Positions 13,290-26,424 of a stretch of 64,000 nt of DNA are shown here, in pieces. The number at the start of each line of letters is the position of its first letter. The stretch's first letter is position 1. Below the pieces are notes generated by a model, which saw only the letters and a program-made list of their open reading frames with translations, had not been told where the DNA came from and did not search any database. A program made the translations under genes and the position numbers. Origin of the DNA: Octopus sinensis (Eukaryota); assembly GCF_006345805.1 (NCBI RefSeq), contig NC_042998.1:135532001-135596000 (forward strand). The letters run 5' to 3'.

Positions 13290-13614
13290 CGCGCACGCGT
13301 TATATATGCAAATGTATACAAATTATATATGTATATATAAATTAAATTAGAGATAAAACCACTATTAGGCAAATCAAACAGTGAAAAACATAAACCAAAA
13401 CATAAAAATAAAAATATAATAAACAAAATATATAAAATATAAAATTGAAAAATTTAAATTATTTAAATTTAAAATCAAAATTATTAATTTATATTTATAA
13501 TTTTTTTAAAATATATATAACTATCAAAAAGTATTAAAAAGTTTAATATACATAAATACAGATATATACAATTTGTATATATACATTATATATACATGTT
13601 TATATATAGAACAT

Positions 13615-13651
<37 letters not shown>

Positions 13652-14146
13652 AATTAACCCAATAAATATCTGATTCATAATATTTGTTCTCATGATTGTG
13701 TGGTGGTGGAGGCGATGATAATTCTGTCTATGAATGCAGACAGACGTAGAGAGAGAGAGAGTGTGTGTGTGTGTGAAAGCGCTGTCGAAGGCGGGGAGGA
13801 GGGGAGATATAGAACGGCGTTTGAGGACGTTATAAAGAGAAAGTGAAGGGGAGTTGGACGACGTTATATATAGAAACTGATGGGAAGGGAAGAAAGAGAG
13901 TGAGTGACGGAGGAATACAGATACATAAAAGAATGAGAGTCGTCTTGTCAAAGTGCGTTTTTGGCTCTAGCAACGACACCTTTTAAGATGGGGATTTCTA
14001 ACCTAGCCCACTGGCACCGTCACCTCATTTTAGATGTCTCTGTAAATTTTGGAGTCAATCCGACGGGATCTAATGGCCTTTAACCCGTTCTCAATGTCAA
14101 AACCAGACAAACAAACAAACAAACAAACTTTTCGCATTTCTTACAT

Positions 14147-14465
14147 ACACATGCTTACATACAAATCTACTCACATACATCCATAAAAATGCATACAAGC
14201 AAGCACACAGACATCTATACCCAGTCGATGTACGTTATTATCATAAGATACGTAATTAAAATAACACCGTATATTTCGTAAACAAATTATCGTGCTACTG
14301 AAACTTCCATAACCTTACAATTTCGACTGTGCTTCTATTCAAACTTTCACTAATAATTACGTATCTTATGATAATAACGTACATCGACTGGGTATAGATG
14401 TCTGTGTGCTTGCATGTATGCATTTTTATGGATATATGTGAGTAGATTTGTATGTAAGCATGTGT
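14147..14465. repeat. Long inverted repeat, 112-bp arms with a 95-bp spacer
   Basis: 14147-14258 is the reverse complement of 14354-14465, with 2 mismatches seen by eye. Confidence 0.9.
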
Positions 14466-15225
14466 GTGTGTGTGGGCTGGTAATTCTTATGTTATGGTTT
14501 GTTTGTGTATGTATTTGTGGGCGCACGTTTGCAAGTGTGCGTGTGTGGGTGTTTCTTAACAAACCAACCGTAACGAAGACAATTGAAATTTAAATTTAAA
14601 TGTACAAGCCAATCATATTTTAGCGTTCGATTCTTAACTATTTCTGAACGTAATACTGTATTTGTGTCACAGTTGAAATTATAAACTGCAATCGCATGTA
14701 CATTTATACACCTGTGGAACTTAATATCATGTAAACCAAATGCTTTTATTTTTCATTTTATATGTATATGCAGATATTTAATGCTTTGCATGGTACTGTA
14801 GTACTATTGTTGTTCTTGTTTTTGCTAACAATGTGATCTATATATTGTTTTGCTAGTATTAGTGTTATTAATAATAAGAATAATGATATTAGTAGCATTA
14901 GTGGTAATGATAATAGTAATGATGTTAACATTAATGACATTTTGTAAATTAATATAAATTAATATAATGTACTCTTGACTTTGTATATCTGCATTTGAGT
15001 ATTAATATGTGTATGTTTTCTACATTGTAATATCATAATATTAAGTTGAAAAACTGTAACATTGAATATGGAACATATGTATGTTTATTGATTTATATTA
15101 TTATGTATATGTATATATATATGTATAGGAGTATGAGTATATGCACTCATACGTATGTGTATATGATATATTATGGGTATGTACCCACACTTGTATGGGT
15201 GTATATTTAATTTAGTTTGTATTTC

Positions 15226-15358
15226 ATAATCTCCGAAGAGGCCTTAGGATATTTTTGCAAGTGTCTCATTTATAACTACATATTGACCTATCACACATGG
15301 CTAATATGAGCAAAATGAGACACCCATATCTGCATGGCCGAAACAGCTGTAAGATGTA
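15226..15358 (+). ncRNA. Hammerhead ribozyme relic (U4C in core) with a long stem II insert
   Basis: aucu-CCGAAGA-GGCC...GGCC-GAAA-CAGCUG-UA-agau; insert contains hairpin gtgtctcattt/aaatgagacac. Confidence 0.55.
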
Positions 15359-15974
15359 GTTTATATTTATATTTATTTATATTCTCTTATACATATTGTA
15401 CTTATTGTATCATATTACTCCTTCATGTACACTGTTTTGTTCTATATTATTATGTTTGACCTTAATGTTCATATGTAGTGGTTTAATAAAGTATGTGATT
15501 GGGTATTATCTGGTAGTTGATAATTGATTTAGATTATTTCTCCATTTTCTTATTTTGTATATATATATATATCTCTTGCGACTTGCTGCCTCAGCCATTC
15601 CGTTGCCAATGGCCGCTTGTTCAACATGTGTCCCCTCACCGAAAAGGTAATTGTTTTTTCCACGCTTGCTGATAAATTGTTTTTGTGTCTCATTTTGTCT
15701 CAAAGCCGTAGGGCGCCTGTGTCATCCTTGTTTTTAACCGTTACTGTCTTCAAAAAAGTTTTTTTTCGTTTCATGTTCGTCTCTGTTGCGTTGCATTCTT
15801 TCCTTCTGGGGCTGGCCGATTCAGAGCAGATCTTAGAATTAAACAGCCGAAATTTGCAATGATGAATCGGTTTCTGACTGAATAATGAAGGCTTTGAATG
15901 ACCCGTCTGTTTTTTATGTTCGTCCCTTCGTGTATTTCACGTTATTTATATTTATATATGTAAAGTTATATCAT

Positions 15975-16019
<45 letters not shown>

Positions 16020-16440
16020 GCATGCATACATAAAGCATACATACATATATACATACATAAACTTATATAGGCGCGGACGTGGCTGTGTGGTATGAAACTT
16101 GCTTTCCAACCACATGGTTCTGGGTTCAGTTCCACTGAGTGGCACCTTGGGTAAATATCTTCCACTATAGCACAAGGTGCAGGAACCACTATTATTCAAT
16201 ACCTTACCGAAAGCCTTAGAAACTTATAAGGCGGAATTTGAACTCAGAACGCAAAGACGAACGAAATTCCGCTAAACATTTTGCCCGGCATGCTCACGAT
16301 TGCCGGTTAACAAAAGCAATAAGTTAGTATTCATTGGCGCTTATTTTGCTTGAAACTTCTCACTCTTCGAAATTGTCACTCAAACATTCACTAACATAAC
16401 TCCCCACCCCAACAGCGCTAACATCATTATCGATAAAAAT

Positions 16441-16672
16441 AGGCGGCGAGCTGGCAGAAACGTTAGCACGCCGGGCGAAATGCGTAGTCGTATTTCGTCT
16501 GTCGTTACGTTCTGAGTTCAAATTCCGCCGAGGTCGACTTTGCCTTTCATCCTTTCGGGGTCGATAAATAAAGTACCAGTTTCCCACTGGGGTCGATGTA
16601 ATCGACTTAATCCCTTTGTCTGTCCTTGTTTGTCCCCTCTATGTTTAGCCCCTTGTGGGCAGTAAAGAAATA
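16441..16672 (+). mobile_element. SINE family B
   Basis: aggcggcgagctggcaga...gagttcaaattcc...; further copies at about 29920-30270, 33890-34095, 38034-38252, 43000-43200 (+) and 16195-16300, 55025-55400, 58422-58525, 62335-62510 (-). Confidence 0.8.
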
Positions 16673-18490
16673 CATTATCGATAAAATATGTACCTTTATA
16701 AACAGGGCAGAGAAGCTACATGTTTCGAAGCAGTTGTTCATAAATATTCTTTCTCTAATTTTGAAACAAATGTTCACATATACAAGACAGATGACCTCTC
16801 TAACAGTACGTGATTTTTCTTTCCTATCCCAAACAACTATATCACGCTTGTTATTTTCGCTATTAGCGGAAGTTTTGATGAGAATGTTCCACCCATACGC
16901 CTCATGTTGATATGTGTGTATATGCGTTCATTCATTGGGGTTTTCTCTGTATTTATCTCAGGGCAGTGATTACTGCGGATGGAACTGTATATTGTTTTAG
17001 CATCAACATCATAACGCAATAGGATGTAGGACTTTAGTGACATTTTCAGGCTTGTTGATTATCTTTCACAGAAATGTGACATAATAGGTATTTTCGGTCG
17101 TAATATGTATGTACGTATGTATGAACGTATATATATATTTATAAGAATTCCCGTATATATACATGTACGTATGTATGTATAAGTGTGTACATGTATGTAT
17201 GTATGTATGTATGTATGTATGTATAATGTTTGGAAGTGTGAAATTTGTGTGGGTACGTATGTATGTCAATGCTAATATCCATATTTATTTTATAAAATGT
17301 GTATGTGAACAAAGTGATTTTGTCAGGAAAAGAACACGACCAGGCAGCAGATTAGTTGCCTAACATTTCCGTTCAAGGGAAAATTACCCAATTTTCAAAA
17401 TTGCTATCTAAACGATTCGGAATGCTCAATTTTATTATTATCATTATTATTATTATTATTATTATTTTCCTCTTTCGTCGTTTTTATTTCACTGTTTCAA
17501 ACAGGAAACGTGCCTGAGAACATGAATAGAAACGGTGGGAAAACCAGAGCCGAAAAAGATATTTATGTTTTTGATTATAAATAATGATAATGATTTTATA
17601 AATTTTTATTGATATTGTTTAACCCCATGTAAGCTATGATCATGTAGGTCTACAATCGTCGGCGTTCATGCCGTGACCAAATAGCCTTTTTAAGAGTGCA
17701 AAGGGCTGCATTATTTAATGTATACACCTGCTTTATAAAATAGTATAGTTGGATTTAGGAGAGATTTGTTTTTAACTGTAATTTCTCAAAAATTAGCGGC
17801 TCGTACAAGATCCCTTGTTGGCTTGTGTATTTTATTTGAAAATTAAGGGTTTGCACACATAGCTTTTGCAGGACTCGCCGTCAATCTTGTAGATTATGAG
17901 TGGGAAGGAAATATGGGGAAAATATGGTCTGAATTAAGGTGATCATGCATACATACATACATGGTGGAAGTCGACTCGAAACCGAGTAATATCTCTTCCT
18001 AAACTCTCTATGTCAGTGCAAGGGTTCCTGCACGTGAATTTGTTTTGCGTGGATAAAGAATTGCACAGCACTGAATACACTTTCCAGCGTTATCAATTAA
18101 GAAAACCAGTGACAAAAAAGAGGCTGAGACGACCGGAAACCAACTGCACTTTAGTTGCTTTTTTTTCTTACATATACGTGTCTACCTTCTCTTAGAGGAA
18201 AGTCATAACGAGAACTAGGGGCCTTCCACTCCCAATGTTTCACCTGTTAACCCGTTACTGGGACCCTAGCAGGTGCTACTACTCAGAGTTAGTGTGAAAA
18301 TAGGAACAACTGGAGCTATTAGGTGGTTCCGCACTCTTCAAAACGCTTGAATTGCCATACCAGGGCCCCACAACCAAATGCAGTCATACCCAGGATATAC
18401 ATACATGCATACATACATACATACATACATACATACATGCATGCATACATACACGCATACATACATACATACATACATACATACATACAT

Positions 18491-18522
<32 letters not shown>

Positions 18523-20144
18523 GCAGACAGGCAGACACACGTACATACATACATACGTATGCACACATACAGACATACATACATACACACATCAAAACAA
18601 AAGATGAGAGTTTGTCTCACGACACGAGTTTGACGCTGTTATGATCTTCAGGCGAAACAAACAACTACACACACATGCGCGCGAGCACGCACGCACACAT
18701 ACATGCACACATTCACACACTCACACACTCACACACTCACACACATGCAACTGAAGCAGTATCTAGTCAAAATAGCCACTCTATGTATCATACTTAATGT
18801 ATATGTAACGTTGATAGACCAGTTGCTGTAGTATGTGTCCTGAGATAACATCCTTTATGATCTTGGTGTGTTAAAAAGACAATAGACATCAGAGAGGAAG
18901 AGAGAGAGAGAGGAAAATTCGTCCGAGTACTAGCTATTTTAATTAAATGCCGTCTTAATTGCACACACCGGATTTTAAATCAGATGGGCAGCTATTTGCA
19001 ACGTCAGTGAATATTTTATTCACACTCATTCCTACATCAGAGACAACGAATTCTCGTCCGAACATGTGGATGGCTGCGAGTACGTGCCATGGAAAAGGTC
19101 CAAAAAGGCCGAAATGCATCTGGTGCTCTTGCGGGCCGCTGCTGATATTTATTATGTTTTAATACCGCAAGTCCATATGGACAAATATTGTAGTAAATGG
19201 CCTTTCGATGATGTGTTGGTGTGTATACATCAAGCATGACGCTTGGATGTGCTTATATATATATATCAGAGGCAACTCCAGGTCATCAGTGTCACTCGGG
19301 CTCATCACAGATATCGCATAAAACCCATGTCTGCTCGAAGAATTTCACGATTTTCCGCAATATTTCTAGTCCCAAGTGGCTTATTTTTCTTATATCTAGC
19401 ACTATGTCGTTCTCCATTTCTAAGTTAAGGGTTAAAATAAAGCAACCCTGCAAAACACAACTGATCTTTACACACAGACGCACAGAATAACAGCAACCAA
19501 ACAACGACAGCGGAGTGCACAGCAAACATCAGCGATTTGAGTGTCGCCTGTACTCTTGATAAGATATACCAGTTAGTCTTTTTCACCTACCAGGCTCATT
19601 CGTATTAGCCCGAGTTGCTGGATAATTTTTCGTTCCTTTAAGAATACTGCAGAACGGAAACTTTTCATGGGTTGAAATTTAAGTCCTAATCTCTATAGAA
19701 ATTCATGGTTTCAAGAAAACATTGAAATTGAATTACTTTTAATTTTTACGATAATAGATAACAACTCGGGTTGTAACTTCTGAGCCCATGTCAGGCGGAT
19801 GTAAACGATGTCGAGAGAACGTCTGCTACGAATGATATTTTTGACTCAAGGCACCTCTAAGACGACCCCCAGAGGCTGAACGAAAATAAATGAACTTCAA
19901 CCAGGCTTAACAAAAAGAGCACGAGTTATTGGCCACAATTACATACTTGAAATCTGTGTTGGCAGAAATTAAATCAGCTTGCAAATACATGTTCACTTTA
20001 TTAAATTTATACTCGGGCTAAGCCCGAACAGCTCGAGTGCTGGAGACGCCACTGATATATATATATATACTTACTTGGAAATATATATATGTGTGTGTGT
20101 GTATGTGTGTGTGTGTATGTGTGTGTGTGTGTATGTGTGTGTGT

Positions 20145-20202
<58 letters not shown>

Positions 20203-20224
20203 TGTGTGTGTGTATACATGCATA

Positions 20225-21215
20225 CATACTTACATATCTATTAGCGTTCACTATTTTCCTCTCATTCTGGTCCAAAGACCCTCCATATTTGTTTTCGTTC
20301 GATTTCCTTGTATCTCTCTACTGTCCTGTTTTTGTTCACAATTTATTATTTTGGAATTCATCGGAGCAACTGTCTTTGAAAGCTCATATTGTCGTTGAAT
20401 GCTCGAAATGAGTAGTAGATAGAAAGCCGACAACTGATGAAGGGTCGTTCTCTGTGTTTACTTAGCCTGTTTTCCATTTTCTCTCGTTGTTTGCATGTTT
20501 AACTCATTTGTTTTCGTACTTCATGATGTTTACGCAATTGGTGACGTCCTGTACCCTAATATGCATATATATATTATTTATATTATTATTTAATTGAACG
20601 TCACGCATCCATTTCCAACTAAGTTCATCTTAACCTTTTTGATGCGACTCTACCCTATACTGTTTTCCTCACCCATCCTTCTCTAATTCCCTGTTTCTCT
20701 CCTTCACCATTTTCTATTTCTTTCCCTATTTCTCTCTCTCGTTGCTCACACGTGACCATCGTTCATCTTTCTTTTCCTCACGTGACTATCTTTCTTTTCC
20801 AGCACGACGTTCTAAGACTGGACGTTTTCTTTCTCTCTCTTCTATCTTTTCTTTTTTCAAAGAAAATGTTTCTCCCAGCGTTCACTACTTTCCTCCCGTT
20901 CTGGTCTAAAGACACTCCAAGTTTGTTTTCGTTCGGTTTCCTTGTATGTCTCCACTGTCCTGTTTTTGTTCCCAACTTTGACCCTCCATAAATCTAAAAT
21001 TTTATTTTGGAATTTATGGGAGTAACTGACTTTGAAAACTCATATTATCGTTGAATGCTCGAAATAAGTAGATAGAGAGCTGACAACTGGTGAAGGGTCT
21101 TCTCTGTGTTTACTTGTCATGTTTTCTATTTTTTTCTCTCGTTGTTTGCGTATTCAACTAGTTTGTTTTCGTACGTCATGTTGCTTACACAGTCGGTGAC
21201 GTCCTGTACCCATAC
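20225..21215 (+). repeat. Two tandem partial copies of a non-autonomous repeat family; an inverted copy lies at 45180-45830
   Basis: Shared blocks such as gttgaatgctcgaaat and gacaactgatgaagggt occur at about 20400 and 21050, and reverse-complemented at about 45300. Confidence 0.75.
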
Positions 21216-21269
21216 ATACATATATATCATTTATACTATATACATATATATCATTTATATTATATTATA

Positions 21270-21321
<52 letters not shown>

Positions 21322-21704
21322 AATAATATATAAATATATATGCATACATACACATATATATATGTACATACATATATTTGTATATACATGCATATATAGG
21401 CACAGGACACCACAGAACGTAAACATGAAATACGAAAAACGAAAACATGGAATACGAACTTATTTTGCGAATACACACGCGCGCGCACACACACACACAT
21501 ATATATATAGAGAGACAAATAGGTAGATAAAGAGATAGCGAGAGAGAGATGTATGTGTGTATATATGTATATGCATTTATGTGTGTGTGTTTGCACATGT
21601 GTGCTTGCGCGTGCTTGTGCGTGTGTGCTTGAAAGATTAGTAAGGAAGTGTGCGCGCGCTCGTGTGTAAGAGTGGGTGAGTGAATGATAGATAGATAGAT
21701 AGAG

Positions 21705-21742
<38 letters not shown>

Positions 21743-22097
21743 AAGAAACACTGAAAGGGAAAGAAAGAGCTTGACGTGATAAAGAGACGTTTCTGCACTT
21801 CGTTCAAATAGCATTTCATTACATCTTGAATGAAGAAACCCAATACAAAAATATTTTATTTATGTCAAGGTTTATAACAATGTTTGTTAGTGTAAACATG
21901 AGTTGCGAACAGATATATAAGAGCAACGAAAGAAAACAGAGATTTGCTATCTCTATATAACCATTGCAATATATATATATGACTCATTTTCTTGAATGTC
22001 ATGAGGGAAAAAAGTCGGGTCATATGAATTTTCCTAAACCCTTCTCCTCACACCCAAGGAATACTTTTCCCCCCATAAATCCAAATATACTCTGAAT

Positions 22098-22860
22098 CTA
22101 CAGAGTATGGAGGATAGTTGGGGGTTTTCGTGGGTTGTTTGGTTTTTCTTTTTTATTTTTTGTAATTTTCTTAAGGAAGGGATTATTTGTACCCAATTCA
22201 TTTTTGAAAGTTAAACTATATCTTTGGAAGAAATCGTTGCTTTTTTCCCAGCGTAGGAGAGAATTTCTCTCTTCTTTTTCACAGGCATCCTTCCAATGAT
22301 CTAATGTATTTTCGAGGGGTTGTCCCTCGGTATGTTTTTGTATTATATTGTGCATCTCCTCGTCGATGCTTTTAAATTTTTCCTCATTTGTGGAGGCCCT
22401 TAGTTTTAGAAGCTCTATTTCTGATCTTAAATTGAATAGAGCTGACTATTCCCTAATAGTTCTCTGTCCGTCAGGCTCGTTAGGAATTATTTTTATCTGG
22501 AATTTGCGTGGGAGGACAATTGGTGTTGAGTTCATCCATCCCTCGTATATATCTGCTTTGTTGGAATTTTTTATCATGTTCCAGAAGGCGAGTTTTCTAT
22601 TGTGCAGGTTTGTATTCCAAATGTTTCCTATTTTTCTTTTTGCTGGGTTAATTTGAGTGCGTATGATGTCCTGGTGTGTTTCATTTGGTGTGTGTTTTTT
22701 ATTGTCAGATTTGTTGATGAAAGTTGAATTTAGTGTTGTGTATAACAGTTGCAAATCCTTACTAACCTGGTCAGTGTAGCGAGTTGTATCTTCATTGCTT
22801 TTACTTTCCCGGGCGAGTAGGTTTGAGTCCTCGATTTTGTTGTTTAGGTTAATGAGCTGT
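22098..22860 (-). pseudogene. Degenerate retroelement ORF fragment, probably the N-terminal region of a Penelope-like polyprotein
   Basis: Adjacent frameshifted ORFs (HNRKLAFWNMIKN...IYEGW...LPRKFQIK; WKDACEKEERNSLLRWEK); family assignment is from recall and uncertain. Confidence 0.4.
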
Positions 22861-23415
22861 GTATTAATACTTTTAAGAATACAGAATGATACCTTTTAGT
22901 GAGCATATTGAGAAATGCGCAAAGCAGCTACTACCACAATTTTTAATATTTCCATTTTACCAATGTGTTATCGGAATACCAACATAAATTAGACTAAACA
23001 AGGAAACATTCTTCATTGAAAAGTACAACATACTTATACATACTTATACCATTCCAACATACTTATACAGAGAAATCCAACCCAAAGGAAAGGCAAAAAT
23101 TTTTAAGCGATTATCTCCCTTACACCGAAAGAAATCACTTATTACCTCCCCTTATCTAGAACTCTTTTCAACATAAACATAACGATAACTCTTCTCAACA
23201 TAAACATAACGATGTAAGAAATTTGAAAAGCTAAACGCGAAACCGGTCATTTCTTCTAAACTATGTCATTGTAAGAAAAAAATTTACAATATTCTTCAGA
23301 CATATTGACTCAAATATATATTTTTTAACCTTTTAAAACAAGCCTTCTGTAGTTTTTTCACTTTTTACTATTTTCTATATATTCAACCACGTGCTTTCAC
23401 AAACCAACTTTCTCA

Positions 23416-23462
<47 letters not shown>

Positions 23463-23466
23463 TATA

Positions 23467-23499
<33 letters not shown>

Positions 23500-23500
<1 letters not shown>

Positions 23501-23750
23501 CGTTGCTATTATGCAAAAGTGTCGTAAGTCCAAAACGTTGTTTTTCAGAAAACGATAAAATAGTTTCACCATTCCCTGGCAAAACCTTTGTACGACACTT
23601 TGACAATTTTTGATATCTTGGAATCTGAAACAGCTGGAGATACGATAGTTTGACCAAAAGAACCGGCTGTTGCAAGCAAAAATAAATATTGAAAAAAAAA
23701 TCGTATTTGGCCAAATTTGGACATACGACAGTTTAGCATAATAGCAACGA
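23500..23750. mobile_element. MITE with perfect 15-bp TIRs in a TA context
   Basis: TCGTTGCTATTATGC (23500-23514) and GCATAATAGCAACGA (23736-23750), flanked by TA. Confidence 0.75.
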
Positions 23751-24073
23751 TATGTATATATACATACATATATATAATAGTAAATGACTATTGAAAAGGT
23801 AGCAAAACGCAACGAAAATTTTAGAAAAATATAAAAGAAATAAGTGGAAATTTTACCGGTGAGTGTGTTAAATTATAAGGCACAAAAAGAGAATGACTCT
23901 CCCCAGACACTACAGAATATGCTTCAACACACGAACTCACATAAAAAATCTTGCAAACCAAATCTAAAAACGATATATATATACATATATATATATATAC
24001 AAAGAATATATTAACCTTATTCTATAAGCTCATAAAAACCCTGACGAGGTTCTCCCCCATATTCTCTTTTTTT

Positions 24074-24440
24074 TTACTTGTTTCAGTCATTTGACTGCGG
24101 CCATGCTGGAGCACCGCCTTTAATCGAGCAACTCGGCCCCGGGACTTATTTTTTGTAAGCCCAGTACTTATTCTATCGGTCTCTTTTTTTGCCGAACCGC
24201 TAAGTGACGGGGACGTAAACACACCAGCATCGGTTGTCAAGCGATGCTAGGGGGACAAACACAGACACACAAACACACACATACATATATATTCATATAT
24301 ACGACAGGCTTCTTTCAGTTTCCGTCTACCAAATCCACTCACAAGGCATTGGTCGGCCCGGGGCTATAGCAGAAGTCACTTGCCCAAGATGCCACGCAGT
24401 GGGACTGAACCCGGAACCATGTGGTTGGTTAGCAAGCTAC
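24074..24440 (-). mobile_element. SINE family A, 5' clipped
   Basis: Matches family A. Confidence 0.85.
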
Positions 24441-24819
24441 CAATTCTTAGCATATAACCAAATACTTAGGATTACGTATCAACTAGGGGCATGAACAGAA
24501 ACATATGTGTAGGTTTCTCGCATCTACCATTTCTTTTTGAGCTTTTCAACTTATAATTTACTTCATAAAAAATTTCAACATCTTTATATCATACAAATAA
24601 ATTATTCATACATTCATCTTTCTCCATTTTCTTTCTTTCAATATATACACCGATGGATGGTCGGTTACGATTCACCTACTCCGGGTCCCTCTCATCTAAC
24701 AACTGTTCTATTCAGAATGAAGTCCAATATCTAATACAGAGAGTATAAGCAGCCTTCGGTCGTTTTCAGACCAGAGTATCCTTCAAGAAATTCCTGAGGA
24801 AATGTCTTAGATTGTGAAG

Positions 24820-24854
<35 letters not shown>

Positions 24855-25497
24855 GTCTGTCTCTCTGCCTCTCTGTCTCTCTCTCTCCTTCCCTCCTTCC
24901 CTCTCTCTCTCTCTGTATATGTGTGTGTATGTATGTGCGCGCGTAAAAACCGTATTTAATAGCGTATAAGGTGCATTTTCCTCCTCAAAAATGTCTCAGA
25001 AAACCTCCCCAGATCCTATATGCAAAGATGCTTTAAATATTGTTTTCAAATTTTGGCGTAAGGCTAGCGAGTTCGAGGAAGCGAGTAAATTGCTTACATC
25101 GATCCCAATTCTCATCCGGTACTTATTTTATCGACCCTGAAAGGAAGTCGCTTTAAATATTCCTCTAAAAAACGACGCATATTGTGTGGGGACTGGTTTC
25201 ATAAGAGAAGAACGGGCATCCAGCACCCATTACCTTCGAGACTGTTGGGAGGAAATTATTCTCAGACCAGTGAACTGAACCGAATGTTTGAAAGAGGGGA
25301 CTCCATTAGAAAAACTTAAATGATGGTGTTAAGCTGGGCAATGGATTAAGTCTACCACACAAGAACATGTACAGTTCATTCAGCAAGCTTCCTTTACCAA
25401 ATTTCACTCACATGTCTTTGGATCGATTCGAGACTCTTGGAGAAGGGTACTTATTCATTGTGCCACGCTGTGGATCGAACCCGGAAACGAATTTCCG

Positions 25498-25572
25498 AAG
25501 AAGAAGAAGAAGAAGAAGAAGAAGAAGAAGAAGAAGAAGAAGAAGAAGAAGAAGAAGAAGAAAAAGAAGAAG
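25498..25572 (+). repeat. (GAA)n microsatellite
   Basis: About 25 near-perfect GAA units. Confidence 0.95.
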
Positions 25573-26386
25573 AAATGCTGATCCTTTTATGCTCGATTGT
25601 GCCTGTTTGCAATCATTCATGGGCTAGTTAAGACTTCTACGTTCCTCCAAAGCAATCGAATTTTAGAAATTGAAGTCGGCAGCGCGTTGTATTCTTGAGC
25701 AAGACACTTTATTTTACATTGCCTCAGTCTATAAGTTATCAAAAATCAGTACCGGTCCAGCGCCAGCGCAATCCCAATTCTCTTCTTTCAACTGTTGAAT
25801 GCTCAATGTTCTTCTGGGTCAAAAGTTGGGATGATCAAGATGCTTTCACTGGTTGTTTCAGGTATCTTCCTGTGACGACACAGACACCGAAAACAACCAA
25901 CGAAAGCGTGATACAAGCTATTAGGTGAGACTCACTTGCAAGAGGCGGTTAAATTTTCTCTTTTGTTATTTTTTTTTTCGATAGAAATATGATCAATATG
26001 ACAAGAATGTTCTGAATGCGGTTTTTCCTTCTATACAAGATCAACTGATACCAAATAGCTAAATACTATAATTGGCACAGGGATTCGTTGACAGAAAGTT
26101 TAATACAACCGTAATCTGACTTACATGACCCATAGTGTTCTTTTTTTAACTTTTTACTGAAAAGTGGCGGAATTAATACGCTGCCCAATTTAATACCACA
26201 ACCAGGTACTTGGATACTTTAAGTAGATCCCAGTCTGTAGCAAGCATTTAAAATAGGTTATCCTAAGAACATTTCTTCTCTCGCTTCTTCTCCCAATGTC
26301 AGTGATCCTGCAACACGGTCAATGGATACTACCCATTCTATTGTTACTAAGTCATCATCACCATATATACATATACACCCCACCAC

Positions 26387-26423
<37 letters not shown>

Positions 26424-26424
26424 T

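Noticed and set aside
15858-15885. Box C/D pair (TGATGA...CTGA)
   Set aside because: Boxes are only 8 nt apart with no guide or terminal stem, and sit inside a dispersed repeat.
23612-23635. GAAACAGCTG resembling the 15.3-kb hammerhead stem III
   Set aside because: No upstream CUGANGA; lies inside a TIR-bounded MITE.
25862-25924. 63-nt segment between tttcag and gtgaga with one open frame (YLPVTTQTPKTTNESVIQAI)
   Set aside because: Plausible splice signals but no recognisable homology or partner exon; needs RNA-seq.
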